Source of the DNA: Amphiscolops sp. MND2022
Taxonomy: Eukaryota
Length of the DNA: 64,000 bases
Direction of reading: 5' to 3'
NCBI GenBank assembly: GCA_964187785.1
Contig: OZ076409.1
Span: forward strand, 40,364,001-40,428,000
A program made the position numbers and the translations under genes. The stretch's first letter is position 1. Every line of letters begins with the position of its first letter. Under the pieces are notes generated by a model. That model was not told the DNA's origin and made no database searches. It worked only from the letters and a program-made list of their open reading frames with translations. Shown here in pieces: positions 48,101 to 54,721 of the stretch.

Positions 48101-51100
48101 TGTCGTCTTGTCGTCCAACCATTCAGATGAACAAAATGGTTTATAATCAAGTCCCTTTCAGCACACAAGGTTGGAGAAAATAACGTTCAAAGAAATTGCC
48201 TCCAAAGCAAGTTGGAAATAATGTCCAAAACTTTTGATTGGAAATAAAGTCCAAAAACTTCTTACAAAATATTATTCTGAAATGTAAAAACCTAAAATCG
48301 ATTGAAAAATTGGTTGTATGGCTCGCTCTCTTCTTCCGGTTTTGCAAAACCAGTTGAAAGACTGGTAATGGCACGTCGCTATGCTTCGCTTCGCTCCTTC
48401 ATTTAAGGCACAAGATGCATTAGACCGTGGCAGATTGCGAGTACCTTCTATGGACGTTATTTACTTTCACAACTTTTGGACATTATTTACCGTCTCCACA
48501 CATAACTTAGTAACCTATTGATACCTATGTGGCAGAAATTGATACATCAGAGTTTTTCATCAACTTTCAACATTGATTTTTGCTGTTTCTAACAAGGCAT
48601 ACTGTTTTGCTGCGATTCTGAATAGATGGTTCATCTACGAATATGTGAAAGATTTGATCTGAGGGGCAAAACTTTCACTTGATTAAATATGTTCAATCTA
48701 GTGGAAAAGTATCCCCTCAGATCATATTTTTCATCATATTTCATATTCACACTTCTCGGATCTTAAGGCAAACCGAGCCATTTTTTATTTGCTAGATACC
48801 TGTGAACCTGGAAGTGGAACCAATCCTGATAAAGACGGCGCTTGTCAAGAGAAGTGCCCCTTTGGCTCAACTCACTGCACTTGTAATGATAATGACGTAT
48901 TTGACCTCACGGCTTGCAAGTGTGCAGCAGGTACTGTTCTCAGCCCATCTACAGCCCTTTGCACGAGGAATTGTGATGCTGGAGTCAGTAATTGTCGTGA
49001 GCACAAAACTGATTCGGATGGGAACACTGTTCTGGTTGTTTGCAACTTTGATTCTGACGCTGACAAGTGTTTCTGTCTAGACAATTACTACATCAGCCGA
49101 GGCAGTTCAGAGACAGAATGCATAAGTTAGTAGTTTGCCAATGTTTACAGAAAAATTCAAGTTTTTGATGTTTGATAAATCAACTTGATTATTTTCTCAA
49201 AATGATATGCCTTTTAACATCAAAAAGTATCAGGAAACAACCATTTGACTTTATTCACTTTACCGATGGCTTTTCCTTTAGAATCGACTTGGGAAGGAAG
49301 TATTTTATGAAAAAAAAGGAAAAGTTTGAAAGAACACCTATTAATAAGAAAGTCTGATGAACATTCTATTTTCATCGTCTCTCTGATGACCAGACTGAGT
49401 TAAGACAACGTACTACGACGTCTGTTGAGGGTCAATTCTAGCAATTACGACTGTCGGTGGCGTGGATCGACTAGCTTAGTAGATGAATCAAAAAGCCTAA
49501 TCTGGGGAGAAACTGAATTGCAGTGTGGAGTGGCAAATTAGAATGTTTTTTAACGTTGAAAAATGAAACTCGGATATCAGTTTGCTCAAATATTTTTGTC
49601 CCTCTACCTTGAAAAATTCTGGCTAAAGTATGCTCAAGAAAGAGATTTTATAGTCAATAACAACAATTTGTTCCTCAACATAATTTCCTGATGGTTTTCA
49701 TCAACTTTTAATGATTTCATGTGTTATTCGTTGAAATATAAAACAAGACGCCCGCTGAGTAGCGAGACATTTTACGCCACAAACTGTTCTACAACGACAT
49801 AAAATTGAGGCTCAAGAATAGCCAATGCACTCTCAAAATGAAGGTTCGAAGAAAAGAAAGTCATCTTAGCCCATTTTAGAGCAAACGCCAAATTTATAAA
49901 CACGCTAAGTATCCACCTGTTATGTCGTTGAACTATGTGTTTACCAGTACCTAACATGCCAAATTATCAGTAGGCGCTTTTCTTCAGTAAAGGGCGACTA
50001 CTGTCATGGCGTTTCGACAGTATTTTTTTCGATAACACCAAATCTAGCAAAAGTTCTACAACTTTTCATGGAAAAGTTACATACTTCTCACTGCCACTTG
50101 ACCTGGTGGTTAACGTGAACGAATTCCTGCAGTGTTAAAAGCAAAGCTAAGTGGTTTCGAGTCTCGCACCCTCTCCAAAAATTTTTCCGTGTTGGAAAAG
50201 CAGGGGCAGACTTCCTTCGTTTTTCAGCAGAACCTGAAGCGCTTTGCAAGCACAGATGGTCACTTTTGTTTTTCTTCGGCACTGTGTGACTTACTAAGTC
50301 AAGAAGACACTTTTGAAAAAAATTTCCGGAAAAAATGTTTTTTTTTTCAGTTTTAGCTTTTTGGGTTTTCTGTGAAGGAATTATGTTTCCTGAGCCTTGA
50401 AGGTGACCTTCTTGTTGTTTTTCGATTCTGTGCAACTGATGAGATTTCTGAACGATTGTGGAAAATACCTCTACTCAGCTTTTGTGAGTCTTTCCGAAAC
50501 AATCATCTTGCCGAAGGGTATCCCTCACATTCAAAGCTGATTTCGTCTTGAGAAAAAGTAGTTCTACTAGCTGAAACTTTCTTCGGCAATATGGGACATT
50601 TCCAAAAAAAATCCAAAGGGCTTTTTGTTTTTCCTGTCGCGGAAAAAGTTGTTTTCGAGTCTCTGGCGATGGGCTATTTTTTGGGGTTTTCTGGCCCTGA
50701 GAAAAAGGGTAAAAGCATGAAACTAGTATCCTTTAGGAAACTTGAGCGGGGGCGCCAGATTGGGCCGGTCCCGGCTTGTTATATCATTTCACATAACGTC
50801 ACCAGAAGTTTCAAAAATAGTAACAGTTTGATATTTTTGACAACTATGGGGTCAATTTGACTAGCTTTTCTATCAGCTATTCAGTCAAGGGAAACTGAGT
50901 TTAGTTGTTTTCGAAAGTTTACACCATTCTAACCCACGAAAGAGCCCGAAAATTTCACAAGCAAATTGCAACAAAACGCCAAAACTTTTTTTTGGGTCAT
51001 TCTCATAGTTTCTTCCTACGCGGAGATCTGCAAAAACAGTTTCTTTTGAAAGGCGTACTCCATAATTTGTGATTTCAGTGATTTTGCTCGGATTGTTTGA

Positions 51101-53059
51101 ATATCAAAAAATTGACAAAAAAGTGCGAAACAAAATAACGTTTCAAGGAAAGTTTTCCGGAAGTTGTGCTGATGAATTTGTCCGATATCTTTTCAAAACA
51201 CTACCGGTAGCTATAGATTTCAAACCTAATCCAAATAGTTTTCTGATTGAATAAACATTTGAAAGGGTACAAAATTAGGACTATGTTAGCAAAAATTGAA
51301 AAATTAGGTAAGTTTGGCACCTTGTTGTCAAATTCGAAGAATTTATCCCTCTTTCTTTCATCAATTGCATTTTTAAAACCCTACTGTTGGAACGTTCATA
51401 TCATTGGATGTTTTACTTTACAAAAACTTTCGTGGTTTGACTGAAAATTGGAATAGTTTTTGGCGTTTTTTTGGAATTCGGGATGTTTATGAGGCCAATT
51501 CCAACAAACAATTAAAGTTATATCTTCAAAAACGCCGATTGGATACCAGAATGGACTGTTGCTGAGCTTTTTGAACCAATTTAGGTAAGGAAATTGCTCA
51601 AAAATCCTACAAAAAAGTGCATAAAAACTTGAAACAACTCAGAGACTTTCCTATACTTTGGTTATTTCCGAGGCAACTTTCATTCATGAAAAGTGCAAAG
51701 TTCTTTTTTGAAAGAAAGCTGCGAATTTAGTTATACCATCTGGAGTAATTCGAAGCTCTATCTCTGTTTCTAATCTCTGATAAAAAAAGTCACCAAAAAT
51801 GTCAAAATTCAGCAAAACTTTTACATTTTTGCGGTCAATTGGCGGTCAATATTGAGGCATTTTCCAACCGAAGTCTACAAATATGTCCTAAAAAGCTTAC
51901 TTGATCTTTAGTTCAGTCGTTGTTGAACGTTTTCCAACATTCTACTTCAAAAACATTTGAGAAAATACAGATAAGTTGCATGAAAACATCCTACAAAACG
52001 GTGCAATGTTCTCGCCAAAAAGGGTACTGCATAGCTTGTACTTTCTATTTTGAACGTTTTGGAACTTCTAGTTCATGAAGTCTCTCGGAAAGTGTACAGA
52101 AATTGCATTAAAAAATTTTTTGATTTTTTTTGACAATTTTTGGGTCAATTCGACAGTTCGACAATCACTTAACAAAAGCCTTCTGGAACAACAAATTCTT
52201 CTATTGTTTAACAGTTTTACCACTCTAATTCAGGAAGTCTATCAAAACTTAGACGAAAAATGAATAAAAATGGTGAAAATCGGTAATCTTCTCGTGTTAT
52301 TCGGAGACGTTATTCATTTAAAAAACAGCATTTACGCATTTACCTTTTTCGATAAGCCTACTGGACAACAAACTCGTTCCTTGTTGGCCCTTTTCAACAT
52401 TCCAATCCACGAAATCTGTCGAACCTTCGTCAAATATTGCATGGAAACTTTGAAAGTTGAAAAATTTTGGATTTTTTGTCATTTTCGGTGTCTATTTTGA
52501 GATATTTTTCATTTGGAAAACCGCAATTATCTCTTCGGAAAAGCCTACTGGACTGCAAATTCTTGCCTTGTTGAAGGTATTTAACATTCTAATCCACGAT
52601 ATCTTTCAAAAATTTGGCAAAAAATGTATAAAAACTGAATTTTTGTTATTTTCTGGGATATTTTTTGAGTCATTATGGTATCATTTTCGTCATTCCCAAA
52701 AAATTCAAAAATCTCTACAAATACATATCACACGAAACTAAATTACGTTGATTAAATTTTGTGGGTGACACCCTTCAATTTAAGTATAAATTTGAGGCTT
52801 GGTAAATATTGTTAAAATTCCGTTTGTTTTAAATATTTTCCTTACCCTAATGGAATATGGGCGGAAAATAAAGAGAAAATTTTATCCCTCAAACTTAATG
52901 TCATTTCAGGTGCTACTGGATCATTCTGTGACCCCCTGCAAAATAAAGATTTCCATGGTGACGATGATATTTGTACCTGTACGGATGCTTATGACACTTC
53001 AACATGCTCCTGTGCTGCTGGGTATGTGAACCTATTCACCGACCAGACACTGTGTACAA
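1..53059 (+). CDS. Multi-exon host gene (partial at both ends): large extracellular protein with ~15 Cys-containing FN3-like repeats followed by Cys-rich EGF-like modules
   Basis: 15 exons bounded by AG/GT. Every intron is phase 1 and every complete exon length is a multiple of 3, so they splice into one open frame. The repeats carry the FN3 L.(P/S)G..Y.(F/I).(V/L) signature. Individual exons are listed separately. Confidence 0.85.
1143..1463 (+). CDS. Host exon 2, FN3-like repeat type A
   Basis: Acceptor ttttctAG at 1141-1142, donor GTTAGT at 1464; 321 nt; lies within ORF 1115..1468. Confidence 0.88.
2471..3100 (+). CDS. Host exon 3, two FN3-like repeats (A+B)
   Basis: Acceptor ttctttAG at 2469-2470, donor GTTAGA at 3101; 630 nt; motifs GLTSGCPYSFTL and NLASGCLFTFSF. 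Confidence 0.88.
5415..6030. mobile_element. Degenerate interspersed repeat with a tRNA-like B-box and a Helentron/DINE-1-like end
   Basis: GGTTCGAGTCCC at 5466-5477. Ends GGCACCGAATTTGGCCGTTCCAGGCTTGTT, like the ends at 38733 and 50780. Left boundary approximate. Confidence 0.45.
6852..7866. mobile_element. Non-autonomous TIR DNA transposon (MITE-like), copy 1
   Basis: Perfect 15-bp TIR CCCGGGTTGACCCTC / GAGGGTCAACCCGGG, subterminal CAAGATCTTG arrays, second copy at 38934-39880. No clear TSD. Confidence 0.85.
8266..8550 (+). CDS. Host exon 4, FN3-like repeat type C
   Basis: Acceptor ttttccAG at 8264-8265, donor GTAAGT at 8551; 285 nt; motif NLSPGCNHVITAQAQC. Confidence 0.88.
9179..9898 (+). 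repeat. 5' LTR of element 1
   Basis: TGTAACG...CGTTACA. No difference from 27366-28085 found by eye. Confidence 0.97.
9915..9932 (+). promoter_or_regulatory. Primer-binding site of element 1, probably tRNA-Arg
   Basis: TTGCGACCACAGAGGGAT (TGGCGACCACAGAGGGAT in element 3). Resembles the complement of the animal tRNA-Arg(TCG) 3' end as I recall it. Confidence 0.7.
11020..11390 (+). repeat. ~181-bp tandem repeat (about 2 copies) in the 5' UTR of element 1
   Basis: CGCTCT.ATTTTCTGTTT...GTGGTGAAAACCGC.TGCAAAAA at ~11112 and ~11293. Same repeat at 56930-57300. Confidence 0.8.
12465..22019 (+). CDS. gag-pol: Gag-Pol polyprotein of element 1 (likely ATG at 12606 or 12636) with a long C-terminal extension
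   Basis: Gag core YRGSKDGSIDGWILVM; CCHC knuckle CFHCGQNGHFAREC (14880); protease LVDTGS (D at 15699); RT YIDD (17211); RNase H LDTDAS...ADGLS; integrase HDAMGH...CLTC and DDE core; WRGPH motif; AT-hook; macrodomain-like C-terminus. No stops or frameshifts. Confidence 0.97.
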   Translation: MKQSNFLSPHRDEPKANSDSTNPAFFEASLKATSESLTPALPLAYCVMVLPGLEKLDMSSQSWVTIGSTMDGSHFSDEMSDEVTIEQQRKEELAAMVPPSEGSVASGSSRRTEQWVEETCRERANEAEEEWPNSNVTNELAAEEGCSRAPLGEQMSSRLQITVDEDLTYSENTSGARPQGTGVTRSNPRVCAYGKHKKVRPPMINVGERQVEVPRERSVAGSVASSQRSSVYKAAILEAQAETQRALAELASTRAGCNDQHRAIAENMRTLQTTMREGLQVSDQLRTAQNTQSARVDALGYRMGEMNDLLMARELRVETQINDLSNQMHTVLNAINIMRRERSLPRQAGATEGVPIADSMKATESSHRSQATKPELASVLKPSTSKSTTPETRTKDPVPIMAAVERKPARVQVRGPHDSSSMSQITSSIVRSATRDQGVDPMSPIYLDTSTDVDLSCTKATLGSQTDGAAYVTAPTMVSGTDSMYRTADWTAEDGMPSGAPCASSTRRKEDATNLSVRATHGSDDGTDDVAPKEGEAEVISPEQLRFTAAISKAMSKELAPLLAGRDLAQTKPSVYRGSKDGSIDGWILVMQRYLKRIQTKISAEDRAWSIIGHLEGEARNYIINKAESERDAPEKVFELLSSRFGAGGNRMQVRQTFQSRVQQEKEDWMQYLDALEGLRSQGFPQESITTKRYEILQRFMEGVRDPVLRRELAIVYASETFLTEPPTVESLRFTTRQLQRNRPRPTQPQQPYDPRLAMRSRPHPFAPLPPNKMVMPQGVLPPPAPPQNVPAPAVPAPVRAPVGACFHCGQNGHFARECPNRDQARKPMTASEPEGVKVTTEDTTDGILEGHPGIYQCASCGLFDQAEMQCGEHSHAPKPNEELAYNRWAEVESAGIAAHTVPLEDDRVLMLHPAEPPAFHTPMTFTCGAKQVQTCLEPTTFDPQGRTLISIHLLLAAEQTRRPTLTLAKLWVELSILYKRNELPRPTEWYAPGESATLTTYSPVPVCASMDGVDMKFEACVVVDVFPPGICLGPQELKCYNINHQEPTGEARIDERASLVVSFVVPHAAPIPLRGLVDTGSGVSILTFSAFNRVAARTGTVLKPYQVDLYAANGKTIKTYGLAEHIHFQLGGYELETNFVVVDDAMGVEDFLLGRNFLRSYQVLVDLTSMKIVVRAPVKPVWHHAHAQVGDTSIATPVVLDSDLVLQPFERAVARAKLVTNALEPLIFQSVALNASLSDTTLHNVVFLEDSVATVSETGTLFVSLINLTSNPQRMRCGVQLGTVVPVTVVYQAVPQCLDSPTTTGTKTDADDSRANFVHKVYSEVNLSTASELTSSSEFEFLSSTDPSEAGLSEREIRKRTDPELMAPIPGPESQLKAVKDLWGASACESLRNLLDEFDELFMKHKADIGRCTIAKHTVEVEPGAVPHREGARRMSPEKAERANQEVRNLLALGMIQPSLSPWASGIVMVKKKNGELRFCCDFRPLNEVTIKDAYPLPRIDESLARLGKAKIYTSIDLAWAFWQIPVRKADRHKTAFACELGLFEWRRMPFGMCNASATFQRSIARALRNIVNREGSMVMAYIDDIVIATETVEDHMVRLREVFECLREAGFKMRVAKCDFMKSEIKYLGRVVSAEGVKPDPKAVVKLRDWEIPRNKTEMQSFLGFANYYREFIPWHAKLVAPLHAVTGLNATFAWGPEQQTAFNEIKKALIEATALALPDSEGEFVLDTDASAVAISGILHQWQGPPGERRLRPIVYGSKKLTTTQAKYGAPKLEMFAAYYFIVKNHSYLCPRKFTLRVDNQALSWLKTYSTDQALIGRWIMTLEKYHFRVEHRPRTQHRNADGLSKRTNEYRCREKQLAQQPAAGERWNFLSADEFDKLPVAPWFDLQGRVIPNHPELPAHLQNLEPKAPDQLLRVLRRTKRTSRRDRQAKAFAAPLPPPPALALQLHEDAYPDYPEDWIDVTDEAREDYLLPTHAVNVPSRTVYAIAGVNPVALQGTPSGVRDSIMALKDINTELHEHAHTVHGIKDLVLAQNRDVHVLALKKLVLNESIDHDVFPENVREFARNYYRQKKTLLFINKNGVLCVQYPPNQRPLHERPCMIVMPQLYQHEILFRAHDAMGHQGISKVVARIQERHTWPGIRRSVGRYVGQCLTCQQVRDKPGDVRFHLKNIQSGYFNELVQYDHLKICPSDSNNTGILVIIDHFSKFAEAVPCSHHDYDAVTTSRLLLQKWFARHGTPTRMQSDNAPNLTAEVSNEFLKAAHVTKVTSTASHPRTQGLVERQNRTLLTLLRVFCSRRMRDWDQCLDEVMGAYNSTRHATTGFSPYMLTRGVEKAIPLTFLYPEFAAKSFESHEAYVDHVLARQQEIHDLVRRNTHQAQLRQKLKYDRAIQARAYQIGELVWVFCRYVPQKGSPKLMRAWRGPHKVVQVFQDGRVYVLDTGQKVHFERLKPHHSGPLELATAHSDSGEVVVLMDPEPERSVDVVDDDKSLSSYKPEQLLSEASDASLPSRRRHWMDTRLRTKLRAGGSRPHYQQFDYSTSGTDDELSDAMLPIPPNPVNEDLVEPAAPPTTLDQSISPARVLPQLFSDHERVRSPSPQISSEEETSLPGTSASLLTNPSLTNFLSNYPIWPTAPPIPLKSASSDSDVQPDLPDAPETSPGAGTAPSFKRGRGRPPKAQKKRLIRAKARTRKKETPRKTETETAIQAETEAPRTAETLTEASATALRYQLRSKRQPRYKCGTCGLRDCVCLLAVNENRRVPIGARGVPPEERENLVYRLTVRAEKTYSAVERSGDYPVDTILEKLSLPGVAKAPCPRFKEWTSDGKGLEFTLPTVLPPVPSNIAFGPFNFEREPVQMVRCITADLLCDKYGVQVEPGGVYSPAPHWWLLVTAPRVEALVEPLNLLSCLESLRTLTTVDLILCFHIIDWYRGKMKFAWWLELIITCFATYPRIRLLDEWTHTFEIPLFPKAALGTLDAWVKAGSDNRAMPRSVWQDLAAIQGRTPRVCLPPDNGPGREIVYPGALYPNSAEHVSYDESDFLQAEGDIVLACPADLKTNSAALRYVLRECGMEDVFALRPKVGEILTIPPDVNPNPNQSIHLLIVRANQRAPLLTDDYLRCMAHLTQRLIDKGSTRVHLPILDPERPAFSLVNLYHTLASMFEGTGIYVVLHSRVYVSILTIGLK
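22314..26594 (+). CDS. ORF2 of element 1 (env position), 1426 aa, with a degenerate SGNH/GDSL-like domain and a hydrophobic helical region
   Basis: 4.3-kb uninterrupted ORF between pol and the 3' LTR. SGNH-like blocks at 23856-24407. No N-terminal signal peptide. The ORF is secure; the product call is an inference. Confidence 0.85.
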   Translation: MAHCPNNSAPATGSNSARPQESARAQRVNQAQYVEDRLRDGLSPVAVAGVAALLTQLESMQMLPNASLSITTEVASYRRTLTCTNNAWDGHDLTHQFLDERSIAVHGPSQGTRFEQETSLRMMPVNVPSLPPIAAPNPVQTTPHSSSIAYGAPYGTRATTTQNITNQPASSREPSGSQPPSVPNLNLIGRSPSEQAVIVALQAVANYPNSSDFVRAVEQRIPGLTHYLQAAAQPSGCVTPPTTLAETVSMEAETMAGPSTSAMTYPREETGRKRLTEENIIATRHDSVTDSPTSRPPPDKRADVPHQSQMKSVVVVRPPYRVGHLGVGAPQMSLEEAINRYGSVEANPETSPVPSGTGSANMSLEVSETIDENNPPAFLPPSDDVSGTVVTGDSKRIWMAAECLYPNACAIRRRAPPSDADQKEVSRITIAAQITRSLRARDADMSEQAWEQRAREQLPATPNNYMARLQHDLAEQFPARYMLHEGETWEANARYARNIESMKPLLKAALQRARYCVAVDSTLRSDLPIDNLLPDVLVLTMPLSRFAEVAEMVAVMYDPNLRGSLREPPPRRVIFTNLIDHMACEGVLRNLDALMADTRRPGSVASLVNVVADAMERAAGILRGRLGALALFASPPGFMYWQRSLQQFVYILSEVCKARRIEFAICAPNLRVDRGDLRPDALSYPAFFAAVSRVLIAVERSGNAQLTIDDAILFDHGMCMGRMAFDLDGNRVMRASNMSEREAVRRYNWLVRKDKEIPVRAELAELVKEIETWPATRTVERTIPQIRFAAGIEPVKLPVGMRYVVAIEATNLKAEVDAAGITYAEWYQSRFVDRTLAEVAQELNCPLEAFCTSLGLGWNIDVIASEYLLTNVQTDKLLETIGEATVGEMLALALAMGPTKFVAGPLAMLVELVVSSDLVTFYSYLILAQGQLRSLTRWGHLLNSKDQQDYVAQLERMRASLQHWLYSTLVFASGLFVGVDQSQPLHHSERQLPAETAGFPMPQQIADLTLAEVEDFVAVMASVLAPIFGAVGVCRYPTKPLARTVQVHMVSFCTYLQGRPPLTYQRIVQAVLSGEMPHGYTTLKSEKQLEENLMGLLRARTRKACPLPREYGPVNWYSAPLSLNGVPFRFPWSQEFIRKVIRASISAGPPVDPLYAFKCITFPNHYWKEPLGWPRAKPVGRAPEAFNRQIQYMELTQIPNWIEGAAQTRQRNLQSRVTPFPRKAAWRPQAKMTMSGDMSIVQHDEVNSVLGSEARAEWEGHCLELEIASFPKWKRACELWSQPGWVSKRISLAVESRAELERQQAFAPTMLAPTMAMSLSQPIDRPVTLDLPTHILQAEPVSPPSTQASPRSSQPQTGEHDAELTPNTILVQPIADLTLPEDLSDSETVVTVIPAQRRASVASEDASSPGAPNDAIKNRARRSSAQ
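27349..27365 (+). promoter_or_regulatory. Polypurine tract of element 1 (imperfect)
   Basis: AGAAGCCCGGGGAGTGA directly before the 3' LTR. Confidence 0.65.
27366..28085 (+). repeat. 3' LTR of element 1
   Basis: 720-bp direct repeat of 9179-9898. Confidence 0.97.
28481..29086 (+). CDS. Host exon 5, two FN3-like repeats (A+B)
   Basis: Acceptor cattttAG at 28479-28480, donor GTAAGG at 29087; 606 nt; motifs GLVPGCPYAFTV and SLKSGCLYTFSL. Confidence 0.88.
29607..29891 (+). CDS. Host exon 6, FN3-like repeat type C
   Basis: Acceptor tttaAG at 29605-29606, donor GTTGGT at 29892; 285 nt; motif NLVPGCKHAITTTAQC. Confidence 0.82.
30132..30179. repeat. (GA)n microsatellite
   Basis: Interrupted GAGAGA run upstream of exon 7. 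Confidence 0.9.
30239..30544 (+). CDS. Host exon 7, FN3-like repeat with an extra Cys pair
   Basis: Acceptor attccAG at 30237-30238, donor GTAAGT at 30545; 306 nt; motif LNTPGCLYTFDVTLRC. Confidence 0.86.
30716..31342 (+). CDS. Host exon 8, two FN3-like repeats (A+B)
   Basis: Acceptor cttttAG at 30714-30715, donor GTGAGA at 31343; 627 nt; motifs GLTPGCPYTITL and DLLSGCLYTFSI. Confidence 0.88.
31725..32006 (+). CDS. Host exon 9, FN3-like repeat type C
   Basis: Acceptor ttttcAG at 31723-31724, donor GTCAGT at 32007; 282 nt; motif NLTPGCEHTISAQAKC. Confidence 0.87.
33294..33590 (+). CDS. Host exon 10, FN3-like repeat
   Basis: Acceptor gtttcAG at 33292-33293, donor GTGAGT at 33591; 297 nt; motif QLTPVTPYDVTV. 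Confidence 0.86.
36121..36396 (+). CDS. Host exon 11, FN3-like repeat
   Basis: Acceptor tatttcAG at 36119-36120, donor GTAAAC at 36397; 276 nt; motif SLTASTDYTYRA. Confidence 0.86.
37547..37679. repeat. 133-bp near-perfect palindrome
   Basis: 53-bp perfect inverted arms (37547-37599 / 37627-37679); the spacer is itself nearly self-complementary. Confidence 0.95.
37778..38113 (+). CDS. Host exon 12, FN3-like repeat
   Basis: Acceptor gtttAG at 37776-37777 (weak pyrimidine tract), donor GTAAAG at 38114; 336 nt; canonical GLEPSTTYRIRMYA. Confidence 0.8.
38470..38733 (-). mobile_element. Helentron/DINE-1-like non-autonomous repeat fragment
   Basis: The reverse complement begins AACAAGCCGGCAGTCGGCGCCATATCTAAGGCT, matching 54722-54762. 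Confidence 0.6.
38934..39880. mobile_element. Non-autonomous TIR DNA transposon (MITE-like), copy 2
   Basis: CCCGGGTTGACCCTC ... GAGGGTCACGCCGGG; collinear with 6852-7866. Confidence 0.85.
40915..40968. repeat. (GAA)n microsatellite
   Basis: GAAGAAGAA run degenerating into GAT/GGA units. Confidence 0.9.
41143..41268 (+). CDS. Host exon 13, Cys-rich EGF-like module (not in ORF track)
   Basis: Acceptor ttttttAG at 41141-41142, donor GTAATA at 41269; 126 nt; reads GCVDNDSGTNQCVLPDGITNLPQNKRCRAGYKPLPITGQCG. Confidence 0.78.
42139..42436 (+). mobile_element. Helentron/DINE-1-like repeat interrupted by element 2 (probably resumes 47761-~47932)
   Basis: Starts AACAAGACGGAAACGTCT...CTAAGATTCAAAAAGCG, as at 54722; shares the AAAATCGCAC.GTG.CGAAAAA motif. 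Confidence 0.55.
42437..42625 (+). repeat. 5' LTR of element 2
   Basis: TGTAGTAGA...CTTCAACA, preceded by TSD GTAGC. Confidence 0.95.
42625..47394 (+). pseudogene. gag-pol: Disrupted gag-pol of element 2
   Basis: Gag with two Cys/His knuckles, protease IIDTGS, RT FIDD, RNase H CDAS, integrase HYGH...CEQC and DDE core. In-frame TAG at 43621 and TAA at 45901; frameshifts near 44505 and 45165. Confidence 0.92.
47572..47760 (+). repeat. 3' LTR of element 2
   Basis: Direct repeat of 42437-42625, followed by GTAGC. Confidence 0.95.
48640..48740. repeat. Imperfect ~100-nt inverted repeat (hairpin)
   Basis: TGATCTGAGGGG pairs with CCCCTCAGATCA, and pairing extends on both sides. Confidence 0.75.
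48796..49125 (+). CDS. Host exon 14, two Cys-rich EGF-like modules
   Basis: Acceptor tttgctAG at 48794-48795, donor GTTAGT at 49126; 330 nt; motifs CKCAAGT and CFCLDNYY. Confidence 0.86.
50090..50780. mobile_element. Degenerate interspersed repeat related to 5415-6030
   Basis: tRNA-like GGTTTCGAGTCTC near 50153 and terminal GGCGCCAGATTGGGCCGGTCCCGGCTTGTT. Left boundary approximate. Confidence 0.45.
52910..53059 (+). CDS. Host exon 15, Cys-rich EGF-like module (not in ORF track in this frame)
   Basis: Acceptor catttcAG at 52908-52909, donor GTAAGT at 53060; 150 nt; reads ATGSFCDPLQNKDFHGDDDICTCTDAYDTSTCSCAAGYVNLFTDQTLCT, similar to exon 14. Confidence 0.85.
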
Positions 53060-54721
53060 GTAAGTAGTTATAAAAATAATACAAAGTTGCTTTTTCACTT
53101 CAGTTAATTAGTTATTTGAAAAAAAAATCGAAAAAGAAACTTTATACAAAAAAGACCATACCAAACTTTTAAATTTTGGGAGAAATTTATTTTCATATCA
53201 ACCATAATTTTTACATGGATTGCATGACTTGTATGACAGCGAAAATATTCAATATTCAAGTTGGTCGTATACTTTTCACCAAAAGCAGTGCAATTGTTTG
53301 ATTCAATTGAACAAACGCGAAGAAGCGAAATTACCGCGCTTTTGAACTCTCGTAAAGTGCTGGCTACATACACTAACTCCAGTGCAAAGATTTTCCCAAG
53401 ATTACAAGAATCAGTTGATCACAAAAATAATGAGATTTTTGGAAGTTTGAGTGAACTTGTTTAAAATTCAGGAAACTTGATCTGATTTTTTTCACTAAAA
53501 TCTTACTAAGATCATGCAATTTTCCAAGATCGAATCAAACAAAGATAAGCAAAGTTTTAAGATCCCAAAATTGTCGCATCTGGTAGGAGAATATTAAAAA
53601 AGAGTTTCAAGTTGACTTGGTTGAAACAGCCTGAACTTTCCACAATTATTTGTAGCTTGCCTAGCAAAGTTGTCTTGATTTTTAGAACAGATAAAATTTC
53701 ACAGTTTTATTCAACTTTCATCAAGCTGCCTAAGAAACGCATCCTAACTTTGGCGGCAATTTGAAGCCACGAAGTTTCGCTAATGTAGCTATGCGATAGT
53801 TCTTTTTTTTTCAAATAATTTTAATGCCATTTCAAGGCAAATCAACTTCAGACAACTCATGTTTTCAAAGTAGCGTCGTATTTGCGTGCCAATTGACTAC
53901 TGATGATTGCAAAGTTTAAATATTTGAGAAAGTGAAGTATGAAAACCAGTAATCGAGACGGCGGAGAAAAAGTTTTTTTTTCAGTTTTGATTGCAATAAT
54001 AAACCCTCAACCTTTTTGGAAGAAAGCACCCAGAATTTTTTTACGTGTATTTGTGAAAAAAGCTTTGTGTGCATAGAAGCAGCATGAAAAACTACACAGC
54101 AGATTCAATCATTTCTGGGATTATCATCTGTTAATAGTGATCACAAGGAGGATTTTTTTCGTATGTTCTGCCATGATGGACTGAATCAAACTAATGTCGT
54201 TTAATGACAATATTCTCCGGAAGATAACTCTTTAGGTATGAAGACCGCTTTTTCAACTTAAAAACAACTGAAAAACTGGAAAGGAGACTAGGTAGTGACA
54301 AAGAACATTAGATAAAAATTGTAGTGTCGGAAAAACCAGAAGTAGGCACCATTCAAACTCATTCAGTTTTTTAAGTTAATATTTTTTTGCGAGGAATAGG
54401 CGGGAGTCTTGGGCGCCCTTGGATGCACTTTAGTTCTCAGGCTAACTAAAAACTGGACTTTTATAATTTATCACCTTACGAAAACCAAAACATTGAAAAA
54501 ACTTTTAAAATCCTACAAACCCAATTAGCCCCAAAAGTCTGGACCCTTTGGTTTTACCTCGACCTTTGAAAGCATGAAAACTTTTTTTGGTGACGTCCGG
54601 GACTTAACCCAACGTTCACGCAGAGGAACTTATTCACTTTGTAGGGAAAATCGAATTAACGCCTTGGCCAAGTGGACAGTACTTTCCTAGTAGCTATTGG
54701 CTAAAAGTGATGGAAGAAAAG

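Noticed and set aside
1115..49130. Treating the FN3-like and Cys-rich ORF-track entries as separate single-exon genes
   Set aside because: Their starts and stops fall in intron sequence just outside clear AG/GT sites, and they join in frame as exons.
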